A DNA stretch of 64,000 nt from Minisyncoccia bacterium (GTDB lineage Bacteria > Patescibacteriota > Minisyncoccia > Phycocordibacterales > CAIZLB01). The stretch is taken from assembly GCA_041752275.1 (NCBI GenBank), contig JBGSHK010000015.1, positions 64,641 to 128,640 of the forward strand, in the 5' to 3' direction. The notes beneath the pieces were generated by a model. It worked only from the letters and a program-made list of their open reading frames with translations, did not search any database and had not been told where the DNA came from. Shown here piece by piece: positions 39,405-49,030 of the stretch. Position 1 is the first letter of the stretch. Each line of letters starts with the position of its first letter. Made by a program: the position numbers and the translations under genes.

Positions 39405-39746
39405 TTATCTTATTCTTTCTTCAATTTTATCAACTCGCAAAACTAGATTTTGAAACTCATATGGGTTTATCATGTTTTTATCTATGATATCAAACTTTTT
39501 ATCGACTTTGTCAAAACGACTTTCTATTTGTTGAAATCTTTTATCTACTGTATCAAAACGCTTACTTACATCTTTTTCAAGAACATCGGTTCTTTTGGTA
39601 ATACGATTAAAACCATCAACCATATCAGATCTTAACTCATTTATCTGACTCTGCATATTTGTAAAACCATTATTAACCATAATAGCTAGTTCACATATGG
39701 TCATGTCTTCATCTATTCTTTTTTCTTTGTTAATTTTTTTATTCAT
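39405..39746 (-). CDS. hypothetical coiled-coil protein
   Basis: 113-aa highly charged ORF with repeated KRFDxV/DKxF segments; no recognisable motif. Confidence 0.3.
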   Translation of the reverse strand: MNKKINKEKRIDEDMTICELAIMVNNGFTNMQSQINELRSDMVDGFNRITKRTDVLEKDVSKRFDTVDKRFQQIESRFDKVDKKFDIIDKNMINPYEFQNLVLRVDKIEERIR

Positions 39747-40110
39747 TGTATGTAATTATATTCTCGAAAAATATAAAATCAAATTTCTTTAGAACTGTGA
39801 TATAGGTTTAAACTAAGTCAATGAAATTCGGAATTATGATTATAATTTACAATAAAAAATATGTTTTAAGAGGATAAAATTTGTAACTTAAAAACAGAGC
39901 TTTTCTTTATCTCACTCAAGTTTTAGTTCAGAAAATATGAATGAAGTAGAAAAAGGCTTGACGGAAGACCTTTAAGTCTGAGTCAGAAGAAAATCCCCAG
40001 CTCCTAGAGATGGGGATTATTCTGACCTTTTTCGTATGAATGAATATTTTTGTGCGACTTATATTCCTTATGAGCGTTAGCGAATTAGGAATATAGAAGT
40101 GCCCTTGTGG

Positions 40111-40182
40111 TGCTCTCGGTTGGAATCGAACCAACATTAACGGCTTAGAAGTCCGCAGTTCTATCCATTGAACTACAAGAGC
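40111..40182 (-). tRNA. tRNA-Arg (anticodon UCU)
   Basis: Minus strand: acceptor GCTCTTG/CGAGAGC, D-arm GTTC-AATGGATA-GAAC, anticodon loop containing CTTCTAA (anticodon TCT), T-arm GTTGG-TTCGATT-CCAAC, discriminator A. Confidence 0.75.
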
Positions 40183-40200
40183 AATGGTTAATTTATAACA

Positions 40201-40584
40201 TTACTCGGTCGAAGTTGCAACTGTGGTAGATGCAGTAGTTGTAGCTATTAAAGGCGTCGGTGTTGTCGATTTTATCAGTCTATTATACTCCACCTCCCTA
40301 GTCTCAAAAATTGATATTTTTTTATTTAAATTATTTATATTATTTAAAAAACTCTTATTATTAATTGTATTTCCTAATTCATTTGTAGAGACAGAATTTT
40401 CAACTGAGTCTCTTATTTCTTTTTCTATTGTTGATATTTCTCTCTTAATATATAAAAAACTATAAAAACCATAGGCAAAAACAAAAATCATAAACAAAAA
40501 AAATGTAAACAAAAAGTAATTCCAATCCCTCAATGAATTTATTGTTGTTTTATTTTTAAATTTTGTTTTTAATTTTAATTTCAT
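40201..40584 (-). CDS. hypothetical single-TM protein (possible pilus assembly component downstream of the PilMNO-like genes)
   Basis: 127 aa; an N-terminal TM, then coiled-coil and a Thr/Ala-rich tail; translationally coupled to the upstream gene (4-nt overlap). Confidence 0.3.
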   Translation of the reverse strand: MKLKLKTKFKNKTTINSLRDWNYFLFTFFLFMIFVFAYGFYSFLYIKREISTIEKEIRDSVENSVSTNELGNTINNKSFLNNINNLNKKISIFETREVEYNRLIKSTTPTPLIATTTASTTVATSTE

Positions 40585-41150
40585 CTTTTTTGATATATTA
40601 TCAATGTTATATTAGCATTATTTGCTATATTTGAGTCTGAATATTTAATATCTATTTTTTCTATATACGAGATTAAAGGTAAATTATTTAATATATTTAT
40701 AAAGTTATTTATATCTTTTTCTGATCCTGAAATATTTATATTTATAACTAAATCTATAGCATTGTATTTTAACAGCTCTGTATTTTCTCTAGAAATAACA
40801 GAAACGATAGCTGATTCACCTGTTTTTGATAAACCTGTTTTTTCTGCATATTCTTCAAGTTTATTTATAAGTCCTAAAACCTCTTTTCTGTCACTAGATA
40901 AAATATATTTATTTATAACAGATAATTCTGTTGAATCTTTTGATATAATTTTATCATATTTTTGATAAATTTTTTCTTCATTTTCAAGCTGAGATAATTT
41001 TTTGTAGTCCTCTATGACACTATTTTTATACTTTCTTATTTTATCATTTAAATAATATATTAAAAATATGAAGAATATAAGAATTAATATCAAAAATATT
41101 AAATTTACCATCTTATTATTTATATTTAATTTTAGATTTATCTTATTCAT
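40581..41150 (-). CDS. PilO-like type IV pilus assembly protein
   Basis: 189 aa with an N-terminal TM plus coiled-coil and a C-terminal PilO-like domain; overlapping gene junctions with its neighbours. Confidence 0.35.
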   Translation of the reverse strand: MNKINLKLNINNKMVNLIFLILILIFFIFLIYYLNDKIRKYKNSVIEDYKKLSQLENEEKIYQKYDKIISKDSTELSVINKYILSSDRKEVLGLINKLEEYAEKTGLSKTGESAIVSVISRENTELLKYNAIDLVININISGSEKDINNFINILNNLPLISYIEKIDIKYSDSNIANNANITLIIYQKR

Positions 41151-41667
41151 AATTTAATGTTTGTGAAAAAGTAAAATTTTTATTTTGATTAAAAACAGAA
41201 TAAGGTAAATCAGCACCTTTGTACTTACTTGTATTTAAAGTATCTACTAAAATACTTGCTGTGTTTTTATTATTAACATCAGCAACAACTGTAACTTTTT
41301 TATCTAGAGAGTTTACATTTATACTTATAATTTTAACGTTTGGAACACTTCTATATATATTTTTTATTTCTTGAAATATTTCTATGGTATTTTTTTTAAC
41401 ATCTATATTAAAAATTGAAATATTATTTATACTAGAAACGTCAACTTCATCAACCTTGGTTCTATATTGATTTATAGTATTTTCTATTGGGATTATTTTA
41501 TCTGTAACTATTTTTTTATCCATGTGCATAATTAAATAAGCTGGAAAAAGAGAAATTGATAATATAATTGATAAAATTATAAAACCAATAGAAAACACTA
41601 TAAATAAATTATTATAATATTCATCAAGTATTTTTTCTTTTTGTTTTTTATTTATTAAAAAAAGCAT
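41143..41667 (-). CDS. PilN-like type IV pilus assembly protein
   Basis: 174 aa with a single N-terminal TM (LFIVFSIGFIILSIILSISLF) followed by a periplasmic domain; lies immediately downstream of the PilM-like gene. Confidence 0.4.
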   Translation of the reverse strand: MLFLINKKQKEKILDEYYNNLFIVFSIGFIILSIILSISLFPAYLIMHMDKKIVTDKIIPIENTINQYRTKVDEVDVSSINNISIFNIDVKKNTIEIFQEIKNIYRSVPNVKIISINVNSLDKKVTVVADVNNKNTASILVDTLNTSKYKGADLPYSVFNQNKNFTFSQTLNYE

Positions 41668-41671
41668 ATTT

Positions 41672-42682
41672 TTATTTTAATCTAGGTAATGCAAGTCCTA
41701 TAGACGTTGCATATTGATAAGAATCTGTTTTATTAATAAGTGGAATTTCCTCATTTAAATCAAGTACATTAACCCATACATTTGGTTTTTCTATTGGCAT
41801 AGCCAACTTGTTTGTCATCATATTTATAAATTCTGAATCTATTATATTTGAGTGTGTAGAATTTATTATTAAAGATTTTATATTATTAAATTTATATGAG
41901 TTATTTTTTTCTATATATGAAAACCAAAAAAATATTATTTTATATATGTCTTTTATAACTTCTTCTAATATCTCAATTCTTTCAAGGTTTAAATCTTGGT
42001 CAAAAATAGTCTTATTGATTGTTGATGTGTATAAAACTATGCCAAAAGAAACTATGGAAACTGAAATGTTTTTTCTTTCAATAGAAACGATACAGTAGGA
42101 ATTTTTATCATCTTTATGTATTAATGATTTACTCAGAGCTTGGTTTTGTATTAAAATAGATACTATTTTTAAATTTGCTTTCTGAAAAGTTTCTATGTAA
42201 TCATCTATAATTTTTTTAGAAACAACTGTAATAGAGATAAGTTTTTTTTTATTTTCTAAATTTAAAATTTCGACAAAATCAAATATTATTTCATCAACTT
42301 TAAATGGAACATTTTCTTCTATTTTAAATTCTATTTGACTATTTATAGCAGAAATATCACCATCATCGACTTCCTGAGTATATATATAAGCTAATTCTTC
42401 AGGTAAAGAAACTTCAACATATTTATATTTATATTCTTTTTTGATTTTTTTTAAAATTTCTAAAATTTCTAAAATTTCTAAATTTGTTGATAATAAATCT
42501 TCTTTACTTCTTATGTTTTTTATTTCTTCTACTCCATATGTATCTAAAATAAGTTTATTATTTATTTTTTTAAAATTTATATGTCTAATATGAGCTGAAC
42601 ATACATCAATACCTGCGTGATCAAATCTGATCATTTTTGGTACAGGTATATGTTTTTTTATTTTTTCTAAAAAAATATTCAT
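41672..42682 (-). CDS. PilM-like (actin-like ATPase fold) type IV pilus assembly protein
   Basis: 336 aa, with length and N-terminal pattern (RFDHAGIDVCSAHIRHI) consistent with PilM/FtsA-like proteins; heads a four-gene overlapping cluster. Confidence 0.4.
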   Translation of the reverse strand: MNIFLEKIKKHIPVPKMIRFDHAGIDVCSAHIRHINFKKINNKLILDTYGVEEIKNIRSKEDLLSTNLEILEILEILKKIKKEYKYKYVEVSLPEELAYIYTQEVDDGDISAINSQIEFKIEENVPFKVDEIIFDFVEILNLENKKKLISITVVSKKIIDDYIETFQKANLKIVSILIQNQALSKSLIHKDDKNSYCIVSIERKNISVSIVSFGIVLYTSTINKTIFDQDLNLERIEILEEVIKDIYKIIFFWFSYIEKNNSYKFNNIKSLIINSTHSNIIDSEFINMMTNKLAMPIEKPNVWVNVLDLNEEIPLINKTDSYQYATSIGLALPRLK

Positions 42683-42693
42683 GATTTATTATA

Positions 42694-43017
42694 TTATGAT
42701 AATAAAGTTCCAACAGGTAAATCTCTGTTTGGTTGTATAAGTGCCAGTCCCTGCCCATCCTTACCTGCCAATATCATAGCCTGACTTTCAATACCTAAAA
42801 TGGCACGCGGTTCAAGATTTGTAACAAAAACTTTTTGACTACCTATAAAAGTTTCAAGGTCAACGTGCCCCGCTATACCAGAAACAACTGTTCTGATTTT
42901 ATCTTCAGCAAAATCAACTTCCAACTTCAATAATTTATCAGACCCTTCAACAGGTATTGCTGAAATAATTTTACCTATCTTCATTTCAACTTTTTTGAAT
43001 TCGTCAAATGTAATCAT
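42694..43017 (-). CDS. stand-alone tRNA-binding protein (Trbp111/CsaA, EMAP-like OB fold)
   Basis: 107 aa (KVEMKIGKIISAIPVEGSDKLLKLEVDFAEDKIRTVVSGIAGHV...VFVTNLEPRAILG...MIL) matching the MetRS C-terminal/Trbp111 domain. Confidence 0.75.
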   Translation of the reverse strand: MITFDEFKKVEMKIGKIISAIPVEGSDKLLKLEVDFAEDKIRTVVSGIAGHVDLETFIGSQKVFVTNLEPRAILGIESQAMILAGKDGQGLALIQPNRDLPVGTLLS

Positions 43018-43030
43018 GCTTATGATTATA

Positions 43031-43480
43031 CTATACTTTAGACTTTGAATCGAGAAAATTTTGTAAAATCACAGCTGCAACTTTAGAGTCATCGTTTTTT
43101 GAGGATTCTCGAACAGATTTTGCATTTTTAGAAAAACTTTTTGATGTTTGTTTTTTTTGAAAATGATGACGGGTTTCTGAACTTATGAGTGATGTTGTCA
43201 TACGCTCATCTATGCGATGTATGTTGTATTTTTTATCTTTATTTAAAATCTTAATAAATGCAGTTATATGCTTTTCAACAGTATTATCTTTTTTATCATA
43301 ATCAAATGATTTTCCAACAACAATATCCTTAATCTCTTCTTGATCACATAAGCGCTGTATGTACTCTATGTGCTTTTCATCGTTTATAACGATATCACGC
43401 GGAAATGCCATAGATGCCCTATCATCACTGATAGCTATACCTATCTTTTTTTGACCATAGTCTACCCCTAGATATTTCAT
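43031..43480 (-). CDS. ruvX: Holliday junction resolvase-like protein RuvX/YqgF (pre-16S rRNA nuclease)
   Basis: N-terminal MKYLGVDYGQKKIGIAISD (RNase H-like YqgF motif); has a C-terminal extension. Confidence 0.7.
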   Translation of the reverse strand: MKYLGVDYGQKKIGIAISDDRASMAFPRDIVINDEKHIEYIQRLCDQEEIKDIVVGKSFDYDKKDNTVEKHITAFIKILNKDKKYNIHRIDERMTTSLISSETRHHFQKKQTSKSFSKNAKSVRESSKNDDSKVAAVILQNFLDSKSKV

Positions 43481-43526
43481 ATATAATCTGATAATATCAT
43501 AAAGGTATATCGACGTATACACTTAT

Positions 43527-43613
43527 GGAGGAGTGGCAGAGAGGTCGATTGCACCTGTCTTGAAAACAGGAGGGCTCTAACGGGTCCCGTGAGTTCGAAT
43601 CTCACCTCCTCCG
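43527..43613 (+). tRNA. tRNA-Ser (anticodon UGA)
   Basis: Acceptor GGAGGAG/CTCCTCC, anticodon stem CCTGT/ACAGG with loop CTTGAAA, long variable arm, T-arm GTGAG-TTCGAAT-CTCAC, discriminator G. Confidence 0.8.
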
Positions 43614-45071
43614 CACGGTAAGACTATCAGCTTGATTTAACATCAAATTGAATGGAGAACGCAAGGTAAAACCTAGCGTTTTTTCATTTAATACACAGTT
43701 CTGAAGTAAGAAACCAAGAAATTGGCGCTTTTCTTCAACTTCGGAACTAATAAATATCTCTTTTGCTCGTTTTGCTATATTTAATGTTGTATTTGCTGTG
43801 ATATAGAAGTGTTCGTCCGCATCAGAGTGGTCCTTCATTTGGTCCAACACATCAGCTTGTTTCTCTTTGTACTCTTTCAAAAAGCTGTCATACATTTCAT
43901 CCGTAATACGACCGTCGAGCTTATCTTCATACATCTTCTTTATCCTTGCTTCATATTTATCGTGTTCAGTCTTGAGTGAGTTTATGCTTTGTCGGTAAAA
44001 TCTATTTTCATTTTCACCAATCTCCTTCAACGCTTCGGTAATTTCACCAATCTTTTTATCTGAAAGCTTGAAATCGAGCGCTTTGTAAACCTGCTCCAAA
44101 AGCATATCTTCAGTTACAGAGACCCTTTTACAGTCTTTGTACCCTGAACAACTGTAGTAGGTATATTTTTCTTTTTTAAGTTGCCCACCAATTACACCTC
44201 CACATTTAGCACATACAATAAGACCCCTAAAGATAAAAGGTTTTGAAGCATACTTTGTGGGAACTTTATTATGTCTTTCCATTACCTCTTGGCATTTATC
44301 AAACAGTTCCTTTGAAATAATTGGTTTATAAGCATGTCTGTACCGTAAATCATGAGTTCTTGAGTAGGCATAACCATAGTAAAAACTATCATTCAATATC
44401 TTGAATATCATAGCTTGATTTACCCTTTCATTGACCCTGCTTCTAAAACCTATTTTATACATTCTATCAGCGAGGGTTTTTACAGACACATCACCTTTCG
44501 CATATTCCTCAAAGATACGAACTATGAAATGAGCCTTGTCATCAGGCACCACATCAATCCTACGCATCCTTAATGGATTATCATTATACAAACTCTTGTA
44601 GCCAATGGCTGGCATTCCCGTAATTTCACCATCCTCTCTCATTTTGTCGTGTTTTCGTTTAAGGTTATCACTCAATTGCAACACATAACTTTTAGCAAAC
44701 ATAACGCCCATATCCCAACGCAATATATCAGCACTGTTTGACTTCTTATTTATAACAAGATTTTCTCTATAAAAATGCAACTCAACTTTATCTTCCCTTC
44801 GTAACTCGTCAAAGATAACACTCTCGCGAAAACTTCTTTGTAATCGGTCTACAGTATCCACAACAACAGCTATGGTTTCTTTTGACTTTTTTATTATTTC
44901 AATAATTTCTTGAAACTTTATTCTATACCCTTTCGTTGAACTTTCTTTCAGTTTAAATGTTTTCCACTCTTCCAAACCCTTACCTTTAACATAATCAAGG
45001 ATACGGGACAGCTGTGCATCATTACTATCTTGGTTTTTGTCACTTTCTCTGGCTAAAATAATTGCTTTCAT
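43602..45071 (-). CDS. large serine recombinase (phage-integrase-type resolvase/recombinase with zinc ribbon)
   Basis: N-terminal resolvase domain with a catalytic Ser (AIILARESDKNQDS), a central recombinase domain and a C-terminal Cys-rich zinc ribbon (CAKCGGVIGG...YYSCSGYKDC); the stop codon overlaps the tRNA-Ser 3' end by 12 nt. Confidence 0.85.
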   Translation of the reverse strand: MKAIILARESDKNQDSNDAQLSRILDYVKGKGLEEWKTFKLKESSTKGYRIKFQEIIEIIKKSKETIAVVVDTVDRLQRSFRESVIFDELRREDKVELHFYRENLVINKKSNSADILRWDMGVMFAKSYVLQLSDNLKRKHDKMREDGEITGMPAIGYKSLYNDNPLRMRRIDVVPDDKAHFIVRIFEEYAKGDVSVKTLADRMYKIGFRSRVNERVNQAMIFKILNDSFYYGYAYSRTHDLRYRHAYKPIISKELFDKCQEVMERHNKVPTKYASKPFIFRGLIVCAKCGGVIGGQLKKEKYTYYSCSGYKDCKRVSVTEDMLLEQVYKALDFKLSDKKIGEITEALKEIGENENRFYRQSINSLKTEHDKYEARIKKMYEDKLDGRITDEMYDSFLKEYKEKQADVLDQMKDHSDADEHFYITANTTLNIAKRAKEIFISSEVEEKRQFLGFLLQNCVLNEKTLGFTLRSPFNLMLNQADSLTVRRR

Positions 45072-45535
45072 TTGAATAGTGATATTATTGAAATAATAAT
45101 TGCAATTAAAGATAAAATCAGCGTTACAGGATTTTCTGTTGCTTTGTTTTTAAAATACTCCCAACCACTTTTTCCTTTAGTTGTTAATACAATACTTTCG
45201 GTTAACTCTTCAGTTACATCATAACTAAAGCTTGAGCCATTTTTTGTTTCTATTACTGGAAATGTTTTTTGAGTGCCAATAACTATTAAACCATCTAATT
45301 CCATTCTTTTTAATTCAAACATTATTTCATTTTTCCAACTCAACTCAAAAATACCATCAGGAGAATATACGGGGTATTTATCATCATATTTTTTTATGAT
45401 AAACCCATAATCAGGAAAAACTAAAGGGTCTTCAGATATAGATTGGTATTCTTCAGGGATTTCAAAGAGATATTCACTCCTAGATATTTTACTACCTTCT
45501 AACTCTTTTAATAATTTTATAAGTCTATTCCTCAT
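45068..45535 (-). CDS. hypothetical protein with C-terminal TM, translationally coupled to the recombinase
   Basis: 155 aa; 4-nt overlap with the recombinase start; C-terminal hydrophobic helix. Confidence 0.35.
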   Translation of the reverse strand: MRNRLIKLLKELEGSKISRSEYLFEIPEEYQSISEDPLVFPDYGFIIKKYDDKYPVYSPDGIFELSWKNEIMFELKRMELDGLIVIGTQKTFPVIETKNGSSFSYDVTEELTESIVLTTKGKSGWEYFKNKATENPVTLILSLIAIIISIISLFK

Positions 45536-45543
45536 ATAGCAGT

Positions 45544-45723
45544 TTATTTTGTAGTACTTAATTTATTCAAAAAGGCTTCAAAGTCCGTCTTCTCTATACG
45601 AAACTCTTTGCCTATTTTATATGCTTTTAATTTCTTTGCATCAATGTAACGATAAATAGTCATTATATTGAAGCCTAGCTTTTCTGCTAAATCTTTAGCT
45701 GTGTAGAAGTCTTTTTCTTTCAT
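45544..45723 (-). CDS. excisionase-family/MerR-like HTH DNA-binding protein (putative Xis)
   Basis: 59-aa ORF below the ORF-track cutoff (MKEKDFYTAKDLAEKLGFNIMTIYRYIDAKKLKAYKIGKEFRIEKTDFEAFLNKLSTTK); matches the excisionase-type HTH pattern. Confidence 0.5.
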   Translation of the reverse strand: MKEKDFYTAKDLAEKLGFNIMTIYRYIDAKKLKAYKIGKEFRIEKTDFEAFLNKLSTTK

Positions 45724-45750
45724 AATTTATTTTTATATTATTGTTATTAA

Positions 45751-46905
45751 TTATACTTTACTATTCTTTACATTGCAATCTTCAATGTCGGACAACCTGA
45801 AAGGTTTAAAATCATCAATAGCATCCTTTATTTGTCTTACCCAGTCGTGGTATGTTTTACCAGAAATCTCGTCTAGGAGCTTCAAATCATCAGCTATACG
45901 ATACCAAGTCCTAGATGTTGCGTATCTCTCAACCACAGCCCTAATATCCCTTATTCCCTCCTTACTTAAGACCCTTAGTCCTACTAGATACAGTGCATCT
46001 TTAGGTTTTGTATCAGGTCTGTTTTTAAAGATTGCTTCTAGTGTCTTTTTGGGATTACTTTCAACATCAAATAAGAATAGATTTTTCCCTGTTATTAACT
46101 CATCCCAATAATTTATCAATATCTTCTGACAAACATCCTTCTTGAATATATCAGCAAAAGTTGGATTTTCTTTCAACCCTAAACCCTTAAGAATTGCATT
46201 CATTTTTACCTTTTTTGTAAGTCTAGCTTCAATACGCAACACTTCTTTTTTATCTTTTTTTGTCAAAGTTTCAAAGAGTGATAGTTGAAGTGGATTTTGA
46301 TCCTTATCAATAGCTCGCTTATTACCTTTCTTTAGATCCTGAACTTTATCATACACAACAAGAGAATGAGAGTTTGTATAGAACTGAAGTGAGTGACCGT
46401 TATTCCTAAAACTATCTTTATTAAGATCCATTTTCTGACTTACATCAATCTTATGTAATTCGTTAATAACAAAACCAGAAGTATATCCTTTTGTAAACTC
46501 TATGTTCTTTGAGGGGTGAAAGACCGACACTTTTGCATTTCTTAAATCTTCTAATTTAACGTATACAAACATTTCAGTCATTGCTTCTTGTAGATTTACA
46601 ATTACCCTTTCAAAATCTTTTTCTTGGACCTCGTCAACATTGTTTCCATAAGCCATTTTTGCTACAGAAAACTCTATTTTGAGCGGTATTTCATTACCGT
46701 TTTTTGTCGGTCTTTTCATCAGTGTAATTCTTGGTTTGTAAAAACCTTCTTTCTTATCTGTGGCGGTAGGATTATTTACACATTTAATGAGATAATTTCC
46801 TGACATTTTAAGAATATTCGCATTAGGAGTAAAAGCTTCGGGTCGAAGTCTATAGTAGCCTCTCGGTATCGTTAATATTACTGTGTCTAGCATATACATT
46901 TTCAT
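45751..46905 (-). CDS. putative replication initiation protein (Rep_trans-like)
   Basis: 384 aa; the segment HSLQFYTNSHSLVVYDKVQDL resembles the Rep_trans active-site RxYDK region; the mobile-element context fits. Confidence 0.35.
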   Translation of the reverse strand: MKMYMLDTVILTIPRGYYRLRPEAFTPNANILKMSGNYLIKCVNNPTATDKKEGFYKPRITLMKRPTKNGNEIPLKIEFSVAKMAYGNNVDEVQEKDFERVIVNLQEAMTEMFVYVKLEDLRNAKVSVFHPSKNIEFTKGYTSGFVINELHKIDVSQKMDLNKDSFRNNGHSLQFYTNSHSLVVYDKVQDLKKGNKRAIDKDQNPLQLSLFETLTKKDKKEVLRIEARLTKKVKMNAILKGLGLKENPTFADIFKKDVCQKILINYWDELITGKNLFLFDVESNPKKTLEAIFKNRPDTKPKDALYLVGLRVLSKEGIRDIRAVVERYATSRTWYRIADDLKLLDEISGKTYHDWVRQIKDAIDDFKPFRLSDIEDCNVKNSKV

Positions 46906-47182
46906 TACTTATTTTATTTTTATAAATCAAAACCTCTTCTGCTTTTGTTATAATTGCCTGTTCAATATCCAAAGCAATCTTTCTGTTTATCGGATGAAAA
47001 ACATTGAAGTTTTTACCGTTCAGGTTTTTGGTCGGATAAGTTACTCGATATCCACTTCCATCTAATTTTGTATGAATACCGATTGAGCCAAGATACAGAC
47101 TATTCTCAATAACTAAACTTGCTATAGCTACAAGTCCATTATTTGGCTTTATTGGTATTATTTGTATTTCTGTTATTTTCAT
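46850..47182 (-). CDS. SpoVG-family protein
   Basis: MKITEIQIIPIKPNNGLVAIASLVIENSLYLGSIGIH...FHPINRKIALDIEQAII aligns with SpoVG (AIAS...HPIN) conserved blocks. Confidence 0.55.
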   Translation of the reverse strand: MKITEIQIIPIKPNNGLVAIASLVIENSLYLGSIGIHTKLDGSGYRVTYPTKNLNGKNFNVFHPINRKIALDIEQAIITKAEEVLIYKNKISNENVYARHSNINDTERLL

Positions 47183-47384
47183 ATAGATGTGGATTTACTC
47201 TTTTATCAACCTTCAACAACAATGCGAAAAAACCAAGTAGGTTGTTTCGGTCTATTTCGTTGAGTTCTTTCAACGACCAGTCCTTCTTTATTTCTTTTTT
47301 GTTATTGTTTTCGGACATAAAAAAACCTGTAAGGGTGTCTTACAGATTAATTTAATTGATGTTTACAAAAGTTTGTAAACTTTT

Positions 47385-48959
47385 CTAGGGTTTCAAATAC
47401 TTCTTATTTATGGATATTGATTTAGTAGTAATATCCAGAAAATCCTTGATTTTTGTATCTTGAGCTATGATACTGTTAACCTTTTTACCTGCCTGATAAA
47501 CCTTATTTTCAGAGACCTTTTCGCCAAACTTATAACCCCAATCATCAATTACCTCGTCATTTGCCCATATCTTATTTTCATCCTTGAACAAGGTCCTCAT
47601 CAGCTTATGAGGGTCGCTTTCTTCCTTTTTTGATATAAGTATTTCTTCATTGTTAAATGAAAGTTTACGTGTATTTTCATCAAACGAAAGCGATGACGGG
47701 TTCTTGATTTCTTTTTTTTCCTTACCTTGTTTCAGTCTAATCGTAAACAGAAAACCTCTATCGTATAAATCAAACATCTGTTTTGGACCGTATGAAAAAT
47801 CTTCGATTTCAAGATAGCCATCTTTTTCGAGAGATAACATTGTATGGACAAATAAAAACAAATTAATAGTGTCGTTTTTATTATTTCTGCTTATTTTAAA
47901 AGTATCATTTGTATCATTTCCAATGTATTCTGGTTCAAAATATGGATGACCTATTTCCAAATCATCTCTTTGATACTCTTCATATTTTTCTTGAATATGC
48001 TTTATCAAAATATCCCTTTGTTTTTTAAAACCAAAAAATTGAGTGTGCAATTGCAAAGATAAACCTTCAGAAAAGAAAGTTCCTGTTAAGCCCTTTTTAC
48101 TTAAACCGTGCAAATTATCATTAATGAAAGCTGTAAGATACTCATCTAGATACTTTTCTATTTTATCTGTTTTCTTTATAAATAAACCAAAATTAGTATA
48201 TTCAAAAATCAGTCTTGATAATTTTTGTTGACTATCTTCATGAAGAAAGTTTTCTGCTGTAAAACCACCTTTCTTTAGCTTTTCTCTATTATGTTTATAA
48301 AACATTAATAAAAACTTTTCTATATCTTCTGTATTCCATTTACCGCCGTCATATTCAGGTACTAATTTGTGGACCAACTCAATAAAATCTTCATCAGCTT
48401 GTTTGTCTAGTATTGCATCTCTATATTCTTTTACTGGCTGATGCTCAAGTTCAGAAAACTTACTATTATCAAAATCATCATCTTTTAACATGTTTTCAAG
48501 AAAAGCTCTTTGCTCATTACTCAAGCTACCGTATTTTTCAACATCGTTTCTATTCTCTTCGGTATCTTCAAGATATTCCTTCATTAATCTCCCTGAATAT
48601 TCAGATAAAAAACCTCCCTCAAGCAGACTGTAGTCAGCATCGCCATACACCAAGAAACTTTCTTCGTCGAGTTCTTTTCCTGTATTTAATAGGTAGTTAA
48701 GAATTGTAGGAGACCCTGTTTTGTCATGTATCCTTTGAGTCGATTGCTTAATGGCTTTATTTATATCATCTTCAATTGTTGCAATATCACTAGGATTTTT
48801 TGGTTCAGAGACAAAAACATGCTTACCATCAAGAGTAAAAACATTACTCCATAGTGTTGAAATATGCTTCTTTTTTAGTATCCAATAAAGAATGAAAAGT
48901 TCCTTTTCATTTAGGTAGTTTTTATCTTTGTTTTCTAAATCGATTGTCCAACTGTTCAT
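47385..48959 (-). CDS. hypothetical 524-aa cargo protein of the integrated element
   Basis: Long soluble, acidic protein with no recognisable catalytic motif; the largest gene inside the island. Confidence 0.35.
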   Translation of the reverse strand: MNSWTIDLENKDKNYLNEKELFILYWILKKKHISTLWSNVFTLDGKHVFVSEPKNPSDIATIEDDINKAIKQSTQRIHDKTGSPTILNYLLNTGKELDEESFLVYGDADYSLLEGGFLSEYSGRLMKEYLEDTEENRNDVEKYGSLSNEQRAFLENMLKDDDFDNSKFSELEHQPVKEYRDAILDKQADEDFIELVHKLVPEYDGGKWNTEDIEKFLLMFYKHNREKLKKGGFTAENFLHEDSQQKLSRLIFEYTNFGLFIKKTDKIEKYLDEYLTAFINDNLHGLSKKGLTGTFFSEGLSLQLHTQFFGFKKQRDILIKHIQEKYEEYQRDDLEIGHPYFEPEYIGNDTNDTFKISRNNKNDTINLFLFVHTMLSLEKDGYLEIEDFSYGPKQMFDLYDRGFLFTIRLKQGKEKKEIKNPSSLSFDENTRKLSFNNEEILISKKEESDPHKLMRTLFKDENKIWANDEVIDDWGYKFGEKVSENKVYQAGKKVNSIIAQDTKIKDFLDITTKSISINKKYLKP

Positions 48960-49030
48960 ACGCTTTACTTTACTTTACATTCCAATATAATTCAACGATA
49001 TATAGAAAAAGTTTTAGATTGTTCAATCAA

